Assembly: GCA_045579565.1 (NCBI GenBank)
Contig: JAZNML010000052.1
Coordinates: forward strand, 14,194 to 78,193
Length of the DNA stretch: 64,000 bases
Source of the DNA: Ruminiclostridium sp.
GTDB taxonomy: Bacteria; Bacillota; Clostridia; Oscillospirales; Ruminococcaceae
Direction of reading: 5' to 3'
In this document: positions 53,032-62,407 of the stretch, one piece after another
Position numbering within the stretch: position 1 is the first letter of the stretch
Layout of the letters: every line of letters starts with the position of its first letter
Made by a program: the position numbers and the translations under genes
The notes under the pieces: model-generated
The model's database searches: none
Seen by the model: only the letters and a program-made list of their open reading frames with translations
Told to the model about the DNA's origin: nothing

Positions 53032-54381
53032 TTATATTCCGTTCAAATGCTTTTTCCAGTGACCTCTCATGTAGAAAACTACGGAAAGCACTGCTGATAC
53101 AACCCAGCCCACAGGCCAGCACCACCATAACCCTTCGGCTCCCAGAGTATCTGCAAACAAATACGCCAGCACAACCCTTATAATCAGGTCTGTGAAGGTG
53201 GTTATCACAAAATATTTTACCGCACCTGCGCCTTTGAGCACCGCATCACAATTAAGCTTGGCTGTTACGGAAAAATAGAAGGGTGCTACAATGTTTAAAA
53301 AGCCGCAGCCTACCGCAACCGCCTGTGCATCAGGCTCCTTCATAAACATATAGATAAGATTTTCACCGAAAATCAGATATATTGCTGTTACAGGGAGAGC
53401 AATACAAGCGGACATTATCAGCGAAGTCAAGAATCCCTTTGAAATACGGTCGCTTTTTCCTGCGCCCACATTCTGAGCGGTAAAGCTCGCCATTCCGTTT
53501 GACATGGTGGAAACGCAGGTTACCATAAACGTATTGAGCTTTATTGCAGAGGAATATCCCGCAATTACCGCAGGGGAATTATACCCGTTGACAATTCCCT
53601 GAATGAAAAGATTACCCACAGAAACAAAGCTCTGCTGTAAAATAGAGGGGATAGAAATTGCAGATATTTTCTTCAAAAGCTCCCATGAGAAAAAGCTTAC
53701 CTTTTCATCATCCGTTTCAAGCCTTCTTATACGGATAATCAGTGTTACAAATGCAAGCACCGCCGCACAGCCCTGCGCAATGAAGGTTGCCCAGGCAACA
53801 CCGTCAACACCCATTCCGAAAGCCTCAATCATTACAATATCAAGAATGATATTGCCCACAGAGGAGCCTATAAGAAAGTAAAGAGGTGTTTTTGAATCGC
53901 CCAGAGCAGAAAATATGCCTGTGCAGACATTATACAGGAACAAAAACGGTACGCCGTATACATAAATATCAAGATAAACACATGCGTCATTAAAAATCTC
54001 TGCGGGAGTGTTGAGCGCCTGCGCTATATCCGTTGAAAAAACAGCGCCGATTAACATAAGAATCAAACTTAGCACCGCCGAGGAAATAACCGATGTCCAT
54101 ATGGCTGTACGCAGACGGCTGAATTTATGGCTTCCGAACAGGTTGGAGCAGATTACCGAACAGCCTGAGTTGTAACCTACCGCAAATGCCATAAAAAGCA
54201 TAGTGACAGGATAGCTGGCACCTATGGCGGCAATTGCGCTTTCCCCGTCAGGAATGAAATTCCCCGCAATTATGCTGTCGGCAATGTTGTAGAATTGCTG
54301 AAATGCAACGCTTATTAGCAGCGGCAGACAGAATTTCCACAAGACCCGAGAGGGCTTGCCGACGGTCATATCCGTTATCAT
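53032..54381 (-). CDS. MATE family efflux transporter
   Basis: 449 aa, 12 TM helices. N-terminal LWKFCLPLLISVAFQQFYNIADSIIAGN typical of MATE. Confidence 0.85.
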   Translation of the reverse strand: MITDMTVGKPSRVLWKFCLPLLISVAFQQFYNIADSIIAGNFIPDGESAIAAIGASYPVTMLFMAFAVGYNSGCSVICSNLFGSHKFSRLRTAIWTSVISSAVLSLILMLIGAVFSTDIAQALNTPAEIFNDACVYLDIYVYGVPFLFLYNVCTGIFSALGDSKTPLYFLIGSSVGNIILDIVMIEAFGMGVDGVAWATFIAQGCAAVLAFVTLIIRIRRLETDDEKVSFFSWELLKKISAISIPSILQQSFVSVGNLFIQGIVNGYNSPAVIAGYSSAIKLNTFMVTCVSTMSNGMASFTAQNVGAGKSDRISKGFLTSLIMSACIALPVTAIYLIFGENLIYMFMKEPDAQAVAVGCGFLNIVAPFYFSVTAKLNCDAVLKGAGAVKYFVITTFTDLIIRVVLAYLFADTLGAEGLWWCWPVGWVVSAVLSVVFYMRGHWKKHLNGI

Positions 54382-55619
54382 TAATTAACTTCCTTCTTTG
54401 TTAGTTTTTCTGTTATTTTATCTAAAATTTCCCGCCTCATGCGGTTTATTTCCGAAGCGGAAACAATAAGCCCGCCATCAATGGAGCAGGCGATATTCCC
54501 TTCTTCAAAGACAGTACCGCCCATTTTTGACATGCGCAAACATACATCTTCCGCCGTCAAGGGCTTATTAAGGGCAATTTCAGGAACAGCTCCGCTGTCG
54601 TAATCAAATTTAAAGCCGGCACATTCCACCATGGCGGTAACAGGCTTATCCCTTCGGATTTCAAGAGAAATATCCACCTTGTGACGTTTATAAGGTTTGT
54701 CATACAACCTTCTGATATCCTTTAATACCGATGACGAGGCTTCAACATTGTCCTTTGTGCGTATTCCCTGCATATCTCTCATACTACCGTCAAAGTAGGA
54801 TTCCGTAAATCCGCTGCGTGAGAAAACCGAACCAAGCTGTTCAAGGTCGGGAGCTTTGCCGCTCAATGCCTCACGGCAGGCATTGACCGCCGCCGCAACA
54901 TACTCAGGGCGTTTCATACGTCCTTCGATTTTCGCAGAGGTAACACCTATGCGGTCCAGCTCACGAAGATGCTCCACTATGGACAGGTCTTTCAGAGAAA
55001 GCACATTATGACGTTTACCGCAGGTGAAATCAAGACGGCAGGGCTGTGCACACATACCTCTGTTACCACTTCTGCCACCGTACATTGCACTCATAAGACA
55101 TTGACCGCTTACACAAACACATAAAGCACCATGGACAAAAACCTCTGTTTCAATATCCACGTTTTTTACAACCTGCTCGATTTCCTTAAACGACATCTCA
55201 CGGGCAAGTACAACTCGTTTAAACCCCTGTTTACGAGCAAATTCAGCACCCGAAGCAGAGGTTATGGTCATCTGAGTGGAAGCGTGCAGAGTAAGGCCGG
55301 GCAATTCCCTTTTCAGTCTGCGCACAAAACCCATATCCTGAACAATAAGGGCGTCTATTCCCTTTTCGTAAAGGATTCCTGCGGTTTTAACCGCTTCATC
55401 CATCTCATTATCAAATATGAGCGTATTCATTGCAACATAGACCTTTACCCCTGAAAGACGGCACTGATACAAAACCTCGTCAAGCTGTTCAAAAGTAAAG
55501 TTCTTTGCGTTTTTACGCGCAGAAAAAGCGGTTACACCCAGGTAAACCGCATCTGCACCTGTATTAAGGGCGGCGGGGAGACAATCCCCGCCGCCTAATG
55601 GAGCTAATATTTCAATCAT
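54381..55619 (-). CDS. Peptidase U32 family protein
   Basis: ILAPLGG..., GADAVYLG, HASTQMTI, and the U32 signature EVFVHGALCVCVSGQCLMS. Confidence 0.85.
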   Translation of the reverse strand: MIEILAPLGGGDCLPAALNTGADAVYLGVTAFSARKNAKNFTFEQLDEVLYQCRLSGVKVYVAMNTLIFDNEMDEAVKTAGILYEKGIDALIVQDMGFVRRLKRELPGLTLHASTQMTITSASGAEFARKQGFKRVVLAREMSFKEIEQVVKNVDIETEVFVHGALCVCVSGQCLMSAMYGGRSGNRGMCAQPCRLDFTCGKRHNVLSLKDLSIVEHLRELDRIGVTSAKIEGRMKRPEYVAAAVNACREALSGKAPDLEQLGSVFSRSGFTESYFDGSMRDMQGIRTKDNVEASSSVLKDIRRLYDKPYKRHKVDISLEIRRDKPVTAMVECAGFKFDYDSGAVPEIALNKPLTAEDVCLRMSKMGGTVFEEGNIACSIDGGLIVSASEINRMRREILDKITEKLTKKEVN

Positions 55620-56716
55620 GCGTCAAAAGTTGTCTGAACGTAGGAACCGCCGATCTTTTCTGTTTCAGGAACATTGAGTCTTTCTCTGAGCTGCTCTAAT
55701 TCCATCTGAAGCAGATTGATTTCATTTTCCTTCTTTGCAAGGGTGATTCCATAGGAGTTTTCGTAGTTTTTAAGAATATTGCGAAGCTTCTGGTTTTCGT
55801 TTTCCTTTTCTTCACACTTCTGGCGTACAGACTGTTCAGTTTCGGCTAAAATACCTCTGAGCTTATCCATTTCACCTGAACGGCCTTCGAGAGAACGGAT
55901 CTTCTTTTCATATTCCGCAATCTTTTCGCTGAGTGCCGCATCAGTAACGGGAGCTTTTGCTTTAAGGTTCTCGATTTCTTCGTTTGCAATAGCAAGCTCG
56001 ATTTCAAGCTCTTCCTTCTCGGCTTTCAGCTTCTTTACATCTGCGGGAATATCTGCAACCTCGGAATTGATTTCCATGTTTGTAAGCTTGCCGTTAAGCT
56101 CGGCAATAGTCTTATTTGCATTTTCGAGGCGGTCACGAGCCGCATCAAGCTCATTTCTGAGGGCTTCGTTTGCAGCAACCTCAGTAAGCTTTTCAGTATT
56201 GAGCTGAGCGATAATCTTATTAGCGGAGGAAAGTGCGGATTTAACATCAGAAACAGCTGTTTCGCTTTCATCAAGCTTTCCGCTTACATCACCACAGCGT
56301 GCCTCAGCGTCTTCAAGACCTGCTTTAAGGCTGTCATTTTCGGCTTTAAGGGCAGCAATCTCAACATCGAATGCCGCCTGCATACGAGCAATTTCCGCTT
56401 CAAGTGCCGCTTCCTTCTCGTTATGGAGGATAATTTCATTTTCAAGAGTCTGCTTTCTTTCTTCAAGCACCTCGATATTTCCGCTGAGCTCTTCAAAAAG
56501 TGCAGCATCCTCTTCGCTTCTTTCCTTTTTCAGCGAATCCGCCAGTAAAAGAAGCGCCGCAAGTGCAGTAGTCTCCGCTTCAATAGCGTTGGGCATTTTT
56601 GTTTTAATATGTAAAATCTTTTCTTCAAATACCTTTGCAAATGCCAATACTTCATCAGGCTTGTCCGTTCTGAGATAATATCCTCTGCCGTTGACCTGAA
56701 CTCTGAGTTTATCCAT
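55616..56716 (-). CDS. zapA: ZapA-domain protein with long coiled-coil extension
   Basis: The N-terminal ~90 aa (VQVNGRGYYLRTDKPDEVLAFAKVFEEKI...ALLLLADSL) resembles ZapA. The remaining ~270 aa is heptad-rich E/K/A/L coiled coil. Confidence 0.65.
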   Translation of the reverse strand: MDKLRVQVNGRGYYLRTDKPDEVLAFAKVFEEKILHIKTKMPNAIEAETTALAALLLLADSLKKERSEEDAALFEELSGNIEVLEERKQTLENEIILHNEKEAALEAEIARMQAAFDVEIAALKAENDSLKAGLEDAEARCGDVSGKLDESETAVSDVKSALSSANKIIAQLNTEKLTEVAANEALRNELDAARDRLENANKTIAELNGKLTNMEINSEVADIPADVKKLKAEKEELEIELAIANEEIENLKAKAPVTDAALSEKIAEYEKKIRSLEGRSGEMDKLRGILAETEQSVRQKCEEKENENQKLRNILKNYENSYGITLAKKENEINLLQMELEQLRERLNVPETEKIGGSYVQTTFDA

Positions 56717-56836
56717 GATTTATCTTCCTTTCGGGATACTAAAACTATATTCCTTATTATTATATAATAAAATCACGAAAAAGAAAAGGGGTTTTTGAAA
56801 AAAACTTTCTATTTTTAAAATTATTTTCAAAATTTG

Positions 56837-56865
56837 TTGAAAATTTACTTGATATATAGTATAAT
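56837..56865 (+). promoter_or_regulatory. Sigma-70 promoter of the thioesterase-hydrolase-lysA-like-nudix-trmB gene string
   Basis: TTGAAA-17 nt-TATAAT. Confidence 0.5.
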
Positions 56866-56915
56866 ATACTTAATTGTTTATATATGTATTATTCCCCGAA
56901 AGGAAAGATAAAATC

Positions 56916-57296
56916 ATGCTCGAAACAGGTATCAAGGGACAACAGTCCGAAATTGTCACAAATGACAAAACCGCCGCAGAAATGGGCAGCGGTACTCTCC
57001 CAGTTTACGCTACTCCCGCTATGATTGCACTCATGGAAAAAACAGCTATGCTTTCTGTTGCGGCTGAGCTTTCCGAAGATGAAGCAACCGTGGGAACAAA
57101 GCTTGAAATCTCACACCTTGCCGCATGCGGTCTCGGTGCAAGAATCAACTGCGAAAGCACTCTTACCGAAATTGACAGAAAGCGCCTTGTATTCGAGGTC
57201 TGCGCTTATGAAGGCGAAACCCTTATCGGAAAGGGGCTTCACGAGCGTTTTATAATCAATACAGTTAAATTTATGGATAAGGTAAACAATAAATAA
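56916..57296 (+). CDS. Hotdog-fold thioesterase family protein
   Basis: 126 aa. TAAEMGSGTLPVYATPAMIALME...GTKLEISHLAA pattern of the FlK/YbgC-like hotdog group. Start at ATG 56916. Confidence 0.65.
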   Translation: MLETGIKGQQSEIVTNDKTAAEMGSGTLPVYATPAMIALMEKTAMLSVAAELSEDEATVGTKLEISHLAACGLGARINCESTLTEIDRKRLVFEVCAYEGETLIGKGLHERFIINTVKFMDKVNNK

Positions 57297-57312
57297 CGAA
57301 AGGGAAAAGGCT

Positions 57313-58122
57313 ATGAACATCAAAACATTCTACCTCAACAACGAAAAAACCGTTTACATGAAGGCTTATCTCCTTGACGACGTGGATAATATCCCGTGGT
57401 GCCAGAAACGTCCCGCTATCCTCATTTTCCCCGGCGGCGGATATGAATTCTGCTCCGCAAGAGAAGCTGAGCCGGTAGCTATGCGTTATCTTGCAGAAGG
57501 CTACAATGCTTTCGTTCTTTACTATACCTGCAACAAGAAATATCCCGCTGCTTTCATCAATGCCGCTTATGCTCTCTACAAAATCAGAATGAGAGCTGAC
57601 GAATTCGGCGTTGACAAGGATAAGATAGCTGTCTGGGGCGCAAGTGCCGGCGGACATCTTGCGGGCTGTATCGCTACAATGTGGACAGATTCCAACATCA
57701 CAAAGGCTCTTGGCTGCGAACCCGAGGATATAAGACCAAATGCCGCTATCCTCTGCTATCCTGTAATCAGCGGTATCACAAATCCCCATAAGGGCTCCTT
57801 CAATGTGCTCTTGGGTGAAGACGCCGACCACAGCGACCTCTCCCGTCTTTCCCTCGAAAACCGCGTTACACCTAAGACTCCCCCTATTTTTCTCTGGTGT
57901 ACCGCAAATGACGACTGTGTTCCCGCACACAACAGTCTTGTAATGACTAAGGCTTGTGTTTCCAACGGCGTTCCCGTTGAGCTTCACATGTGGGACGAAG
58001 GTCCTCACGGCCTTTCCACCTGCGATAAGGTTACAGGCTGGAACGAATATTTTTACAGAGATAACTGCAAGGCATGGATCGACCTCTCCGTTAAGTTCCT
58101 TGCAAAATATATGAACGTATAA
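57313..58122 (+). CDS. Alpha/beta hydrolase (esterase)
   Basis: FPGGGY oxyanion motif, nucleophile elbow GASAGGH, C-terminal D/H region (NDDCVP, GPHG). Confidence 0.8.
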   Translation: MNIKTFYLNNEKTVYMKAYLLDDVDNIPWCQKRPAILIFPGGGYEFCSAREAEPVAMRYLAEGYNAFVLYYTCNKKYPAAFINAAYALYKIRMRADEFGVDKDKIAVWGASAGGHLAGCIATMWTDSNITKALGCEPEDIRPNAAILCYPVISGITNPHKGSFNVLLGEDADHSDLSRLSLENRVTPKTPPIFLWCTANDDCVPAHNSLVMTKACVSNGVPVELHMWDEGPHGLSTCDKVTGWNEYFYRDNCKAWIDLSVKFLAKYMNV

Positions 58123-58148
58123 ATAAAGACAAGAAAGGACAGACAACA

Positions 58149-59408
58149 ATGAAAACACCTTTTATCACAAAAGAAAAAGCACTTGAAATCAAGAAGGAAA
58201 TCCCCACACCCTTCCACATCTACGATGAAAAGGGCATCCGTGAGAATGCAAGAAAATTAAAGGAAGCTTTCTCCTGGAACAATGGATTCAGAGAATATTT
58301 CGCTGTAAAGGCTACTCCCAACCCCTTCATTTTAAAGACACTTATGGAAGAGGGCTGTGGTTTTGACTGTTCCTCCTATACAGAGCTTATGCTTTCCGAT
58401 AAGGTAGGCGGTAAGAATCATGACATTATGTTCAGCTCAAACGAAACTCCCGATGAGGATTTCAAGTTAGCTTACGACTTAGGCGCAATCATCAATCTTG
58501 ATGACTTTACACATATCGAAATTCTTGATAAGCTTACAGGTATTCCTGAGACAATTTCCTGCCGTTACAACCCCGGCGGAGAGTTCAAGACCAGCGAAAC
58601 AGGTAACGTTATGGACACTCCCAAGGACGCAAAGTACGGCTTTACACACGAGCAGATTATCGAAGGCTACCGCATTTTAAAGGAAAAGGGTGCTAAGCGC
58701 TTCGGTATGCATGCTTTCCTTGCAAGTAACACTCTTACAAACGACTATTATCCCGTTTTAGCAGCTATCATGTTCAGAGCTGCTGTTGAAATAAAGGAAA
58801 AATCCGGCGTTGAGCTCAGCTTTATCAACCTTTCCGGCGGTGTTGGTATCCCCTACCGCCCCGGTCAGCCCGCAAACGACATTCTTGAAATCGGCAGACG
58901 TGTTAAGGAAGCTTACGAGGAAATCCTTGTTCCCGCAGGTATGGGCAATGTTGCTATCTATACAGAGCTTGGCAGATTCATGCTTGCTCCCTATGGCGCA
59001 CTTGTTACAACAGCTATCAGAGAAAAGCACATCTACCGTGAATATATCGGTGTTGACGCTTGTGCAGCAAACCTTATGAGACCTGCAATTTATGACGCAT
59101 ACCACCACATTACCGTTCTCGGTAAGGAAAATGAGCCTCTTGACCACGTATATGACGTAGTAGGCGGTCTTTGTGAAAACTGCGATAAGTTCGCAAAACA
59201 GAGAGAACTCCCCAAAATCGATATGGGCGACATTCTCTTTATTCACGATACAGGTGCACACGGCTTCTCCATGGGCTATAACTACAACGGTAAACTCAGA
59301 AGTGCTGAGGTTATGCTCAAAGAAGACGGAAGCTTCCAGCTTATCCGCCGTGCAGAAACTCCCAAGGACTATTTCGCAACCTTCGATTTCTGCGAATACA
59401 AATTCTGA
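58149..59408 (+). CDS. lysA: PLP-dependent decarboxylase, diaminopimelate decarboxylase family
   Basis: TPFHIYDE, FAVKATPNP (PLP Lys), GGVGIPY, HDTGAHGFSMGYNYN. The assignment within the Orn/DAP/Arg decarboxylase fold is tentative. Confidence 0.75.
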   Translation: MKTPFITKEKALEIKKEIPTPFHIYDEKGIRENARKLKEAFSWNNGFREYFAVKATPNPFILKTLMEEGCGFDCSSYTELMLSDKVGGKNHDIMFSSNETPDEDFKLAYDLGAIINLDDFTHIEILDKLTGIPETISCRYNPGGEFKTSETGNVMDTPKDAKYGFTHEQIIEGYRILKEKGAKRFGMHAFLASNTLTNDYYPVLAAIMFRAAVEIKEKSGVELSFINLSGGVGIPYRPGQPANDILEIGRRVKEAYEEILVPAGMGNVAIYTELGRFMLAPYGALVTTAIREKHIYREYIGVDACAANLMRPAIYDAYHHITVLGKENEPLDHVYDVVGGLCENCDKFAKQRELPKIDMGDILFIHDTGAHGFSMGYNYNGKLRSAEVMLKEDGSFQLIRRAETPKDYFATFDFCEYKF

Positions 59409-59462
59409 TACTCTCCACAACGGGCGGATATTATCCGCCTGTGGATTTTTAAGGACTAAAAA

Positions 59463-59969
59463 ATGAAATTTACCTATTGCCCCGACTGTTCGGAAAAGCT
59501 TGTACCTAAAACCCTCGGTGATGAGGGTGACGTACCCTTCTGTGAAAAGTGCAACCGCCCATTCTTCCCTATGTTCAGCACCTGCGTTATCTGCCTGTGT
59601 GTAAATGAATACGGCGAAGCGGCTCTTATAAAGCAAAGCTATATGAAAACTGAGCACTATATTCTGGTTTCAGGTTCCATAAAGCCCGGTGAAACCGCCG
59701 AATATACCGCAATGCGAGAAATTGAAGAAGAAATCGGTATAACTCCCGAAAGCTGTCATTTCGCACTGAGCGTCTTTTACGAGAAACGTGACCAACTTAT
59801 GCTTGGTTTTGTCTGCAAAGCGAAGAAAAAAGACATGAAGCTTTCCTGCGAGGTTGCAGAAGCGAAATGGTGCCCCGAAAACGAGGTTATGAATAACCTC
59901 AGAGGCGGAAGCATTACCGTACAGTTATTTGAAAAATACTTGGAATTAAAGGAACAGAACAAACTATGA
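59463..59969 (+). CDS. NUDIX hydrolase with N-terminal zinc ribbon (NudC-like)
   Basis: CPDC...CEKC and Nudix box GSIKPGETAEYTAMREIEEEIGI. Confidence 0.8.
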   Translation: MKFTYCPDCSEKLVPKTLGDEGDVPFCEKCNRPFFPMFSTCVICLCVNEYGEAALIKQSYMKTEHYILVSGSIKPGETAEYTAMREIEEEIGITPESCHFALSVFYEKRDQLMLGFVCKAKKKDMKLSCEVAEAKWCPENEVMNNLRGGSITVQLFEKYLELKEQNKL

Positions 59970-60643
59970 GAATGAGAAAAAAGCGCAATCTCGAAAGCAG
60001 AGTTGAAGCCTGTAAATCTGTGAATTTAGGCTGGCTACAAGACTATGCTTCGGAAATGCGCGGCGAAAATATACCTGAAATTATTACAGCCGAGAAGGTT
60101 TTCGGCAACTCTAACCCCATTCATCTGGAAATCGGCTGTGGAAAGGGACAGTTCGCAGAGGAAATTGCCAAACGCAACCCCAACATCAACTACATAGCCG
60201 TTGAACAGAACATCAACGTGCTTGTTACCGCAATGGAAAGAACCAGGGATTCAGGCACTCCCAACCTGAAATACCTTATGGGCATGGCAGAATATCTTGA
60301 AAAGGTATTCGAAAAAGGCAGTGTTCAGTGTATTTATCTGAATTTTAGCTGCCCCTTCCCCAAAAACGCTTATGCAAAGCACCGTCTTACACATCAGCGT
60401 TTTCTGGATATTTACAGAAATATCCTTGCTCCCGATGGCGTTATTTATCAGAAAACCGATAATGCGCCCTTCTTTGAATTTTCGCTGAACAGCTACTGTG
60501 ATAACGGCTTTAAAATGCGCAATATCACCTTTGACCTGCATAACAGCAAAATCCAGGGGAATATTATTACCGAATATGAAGCGAAATTTTCTTCAATGGG
60601 ATTCCCCATTTATTATGTGGAAGCTTTTCCGCAGAAAAATTGA
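59966..60643 (+). CDS. trmB: tRNA (guanine46-N7)-methyltransferase
   Basis: HLEIGCGKGQF SAM motif, NFSCPFPK, TDN. Confidence 0.85.
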   Translation: MRMRKKRNLESRVEACKSVNLGWLQDYASEMRGENIPEIITAEKVFGNSNPIHLEIGCGKGQFAEEIAKRNPNINYIAVEQNINVLVTAMERTRDSGTPNLKYLMGMAEYLEKVFEKGSVQCIYLNFSCPFPKNAYAKHRLTHQRFLDIYRNILAPDGVIYQKTDNAPFFEFSLNSYCDNGFKMRNITFDLHNSKIQGNIITEYEAKFSSMGFPIYYVEAFPQKN

Positions 60644-60731
60644 CAAAATCTCTTTACAAAATCTAAAAAATATTGTATAATAGTATTAGTATATTTTACA
60701 TCGGCAACCATTTCAGAAAGGAATGATTATT

Positions 60732-61712
60732 ATGGGAAAGTTATCCACCATCATCAGCGTTGCTGCGCTGGCTGGCCTCGGCTATTACGTAGGTAAGAAG
60801 GTTTTTGACAAGAAAAAGGCCGAAGAAGCAGACAGAGCTGAGAAAATTGCCAACGGCGAGCTTGACGAATCCGAGCTTTTTGTTGAGGAAACACACTCCT
60901 CTCCTAAGGAAAAGCTTCAGCGTGCTTCCCTTTTCGCAGTAGGCGCAATCAAGACAGGTACAGAAAAGTTCAAGGAAGGCATTGATGAAATCATCAATTC
61001 AGACATGATTTCCAAGGGCGAAACAACCATGACTGAGGTTAAGGAATTCGCCGCTGATAAAAAGGAAAAGACCGCTGCGTTCGTAGCTGAAAAGAAAGAA
61101 CAGACTGCCGCTTTTGTTGCTGAAAAGAAAGAGCAGACAGGCGAACTTTTCAATAACGCCAAGGAAAAGACAATTAACTTTGCAAATGAGACAAAGGAAA
61201 ACATAAAGAGCGAAATCGATAACCTCAAAAACATGGTAACTTCCATCAATACAGCTCCCGGCGAAGAGGAAGAAGTTATCGACATCGATATGGAAGATAT
61301 CAGCGAAGCAGATGACGAGAATGTTCCTGCTGAGGATATCGAAGTTGAGGTTGAAGAAGTAGTTGAAGAAGTGATTGACGAAATCCCTTCCGCCGAAGAA
61401 ATCGAAGAAGTTAAGGAAGAAGCTGCTGAGGCAATCGAAGAATACAAGGCTGAAATTACAGAGGCTACCGATGAGGCTTCCGAAAAGCTCGACGCACTCA
61501 ACGAAAAGGCTGAGGAAATCGGAAATGCTATCGAGGAAGCAGCAGACACAATTGAAGACCAGGCAGAAGAAATAATTTCTACTATGGAAATCAATGATGT
61601 TGCTTTCGAAGAGGCTGATGACGACGGAGAAGACCTCGATGACATCTCCTTAGACAGCATGGATACAGAATCTGTTGACACATTTGATTTCGGCGGTTCT
61701 GACCAGTTATAA
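60732..61712 (+). CDS. N-terminally anchored, highly acidic repeat protein (YtxH-like N-terminus)
   Basis: TM/amphipathic N-terminus. 33-bp in-frame repeats at 61053-61142 encoding A(D/E)KKE(K/Q)TAAFV. About 150-aa E/D-rich tail. ATG 60732 preferred (RBS aaagga 10 nt upstream). Confidence 0.6.
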   Translation: MGKLSTIISVAALAGLGYYVGKKVFDKKKAEEADRAEKIANGELDESELFVEETHSSPKEKLQRASLFAVGAIKTGTEKFKEGIDEIINSDMISKGETTMTEVKEFAADKKEKTAAFVAEKKEQTAAFVAEKKEQTGELFNNAKEKTINFANETKENIKSEIDNLKNMVTSINTAPGEEEEVIDIDMEDISEADDENVPAEDIEVEVEEVVEEVIDEIPSAEEIEEVKEEAAEAIEEYKAEITEATDEASEKLDALNEKAEEIGNAIEEAADTIEDQAEEIISTMEINDVAFEEADDDGEDLDDISLDSMDTESVDTFDFGGSDQL

Positions 61713-61728
61713 TTCAATAACAAAAACA

Positions 61729-61758
61729 GCGGATACGCAGTAATGCGTATCCGCTTTT
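61729..61758 (+). terminator. Intrinsic terminator
   Basis: gcggatacgca-gtaa-tgcgtatccgc followed by tttt. Confidence 0.75.
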
Positions 61759-61793
61759 GTATATCTGCATCTAGAATTTTAATACAAATATAG

Positions 61794-61822
61794 TTGACTT
61801 TAAGTTAACTATATGCTATAAT
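61794..61822 (+). promoter_or_regulatory. Sigma-70 promoter
   Basis: TTGACT-17 nt-TATAAT. Confidence 0.55.
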
Positions 61823-61847
61823 TGTCTGAAAAAGGAGGATTATAGCA

Positions 61848-62372
61848 ATGAACGAAAAAGACGAATTAATAGCAAATATCAACGCAAGCTTCGACATCAT
61901 GAAGAAAATTGAAATTCTGGAAAACGGTATACTTATGTACAGTGATAAACGCCGTAAAGCAAGAGGTGTAGGAAGCTTTATCCTGTTTTACATTGTCGGC
62001 GCCGTTCTGGGCGGGCTTCTCATGATGGTACTCTCAAATATCCCCTTCTTCGCTTATGGGCCTATGAGCGGATTAATTGCATTTTCCATGTTTATTCTTC
62101 CTATCCTGGTGCCCATTCTTGCAAGAATTATGCGTTCAAAACAGTGCGAAAACGAAATCAACAAGCTTAATGCTCAGCTTACCACTTATAAGAATGACCC
62201 GGTCCTTTACTGGCTTCCCGCAGCATACCGTGATTCATTTTCATTTACCCAGATTGCATCCTATATCCAGAACATGCGGGCAAACAATATCCAGGAGGCT
62301 ATCAACCTCTTAGAAACCGAAAAGCACCAGGCACGTCTCGAACTTAACGCAAGATACGGAAGAAGATATTAA
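61848..62372 (+). CDS. Hypothetical membrane protein (174 aa)
   Basis: Intact ORF with RBS aaggagga. Two TM helices flanked by helical soluble segments. Confidence 0.55.
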   Translation: MNEKDELIANINASFDIMKKIEILENGILMYSDKRRKARGVGSFILFYIVGAVLGGLLMMVLSNIPFFAYGPMSGLIAFSMFILPILVPILARIMRSKQCENEINKLNAQLTTYKNDPVLYWLPAAYRDSFSFTQIASYIQNMRANNIQEAINLLETEKHQARLELNARYGRRY

Positions 62373-62373
62373 C

Positions 62374-62405
62374 AAAAAATCCCAACCCTTTCGGGTTGGG
62401 ATTTC
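62374..62405. terminator. Bidirectional intrinsic terminator
   Basis: aaaaaatcccaaccc-tttc-gggttgggattt between convergent genes. Confidence 0.75.
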
Positions 62406-62407
62406 TG

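Noticed and set aside
57271-58158. 295-aa ORF on the - strand, the same length as the gene it overlaps.
   Set aside because: It is the mirror of the alpha/beta hydrolase (GGGY, GASAGGH motifs on the + strand). The antisense frame has no recognisable motif or RBS.
58758-59657. 299-aa ORF on the - strand.
   Set aside because: Antisense to the lysA-like decarboxylase and the start of the Nudix gene. A shadow ORF.
60917-61723. 268-aa Ser-rich ORF on the - strand.
   Set aside because: An artefact of the GAA/GAG-rich acidic gene on the + strand: TTC/CTC read in reverse give Ser/Phe/Leu runs.
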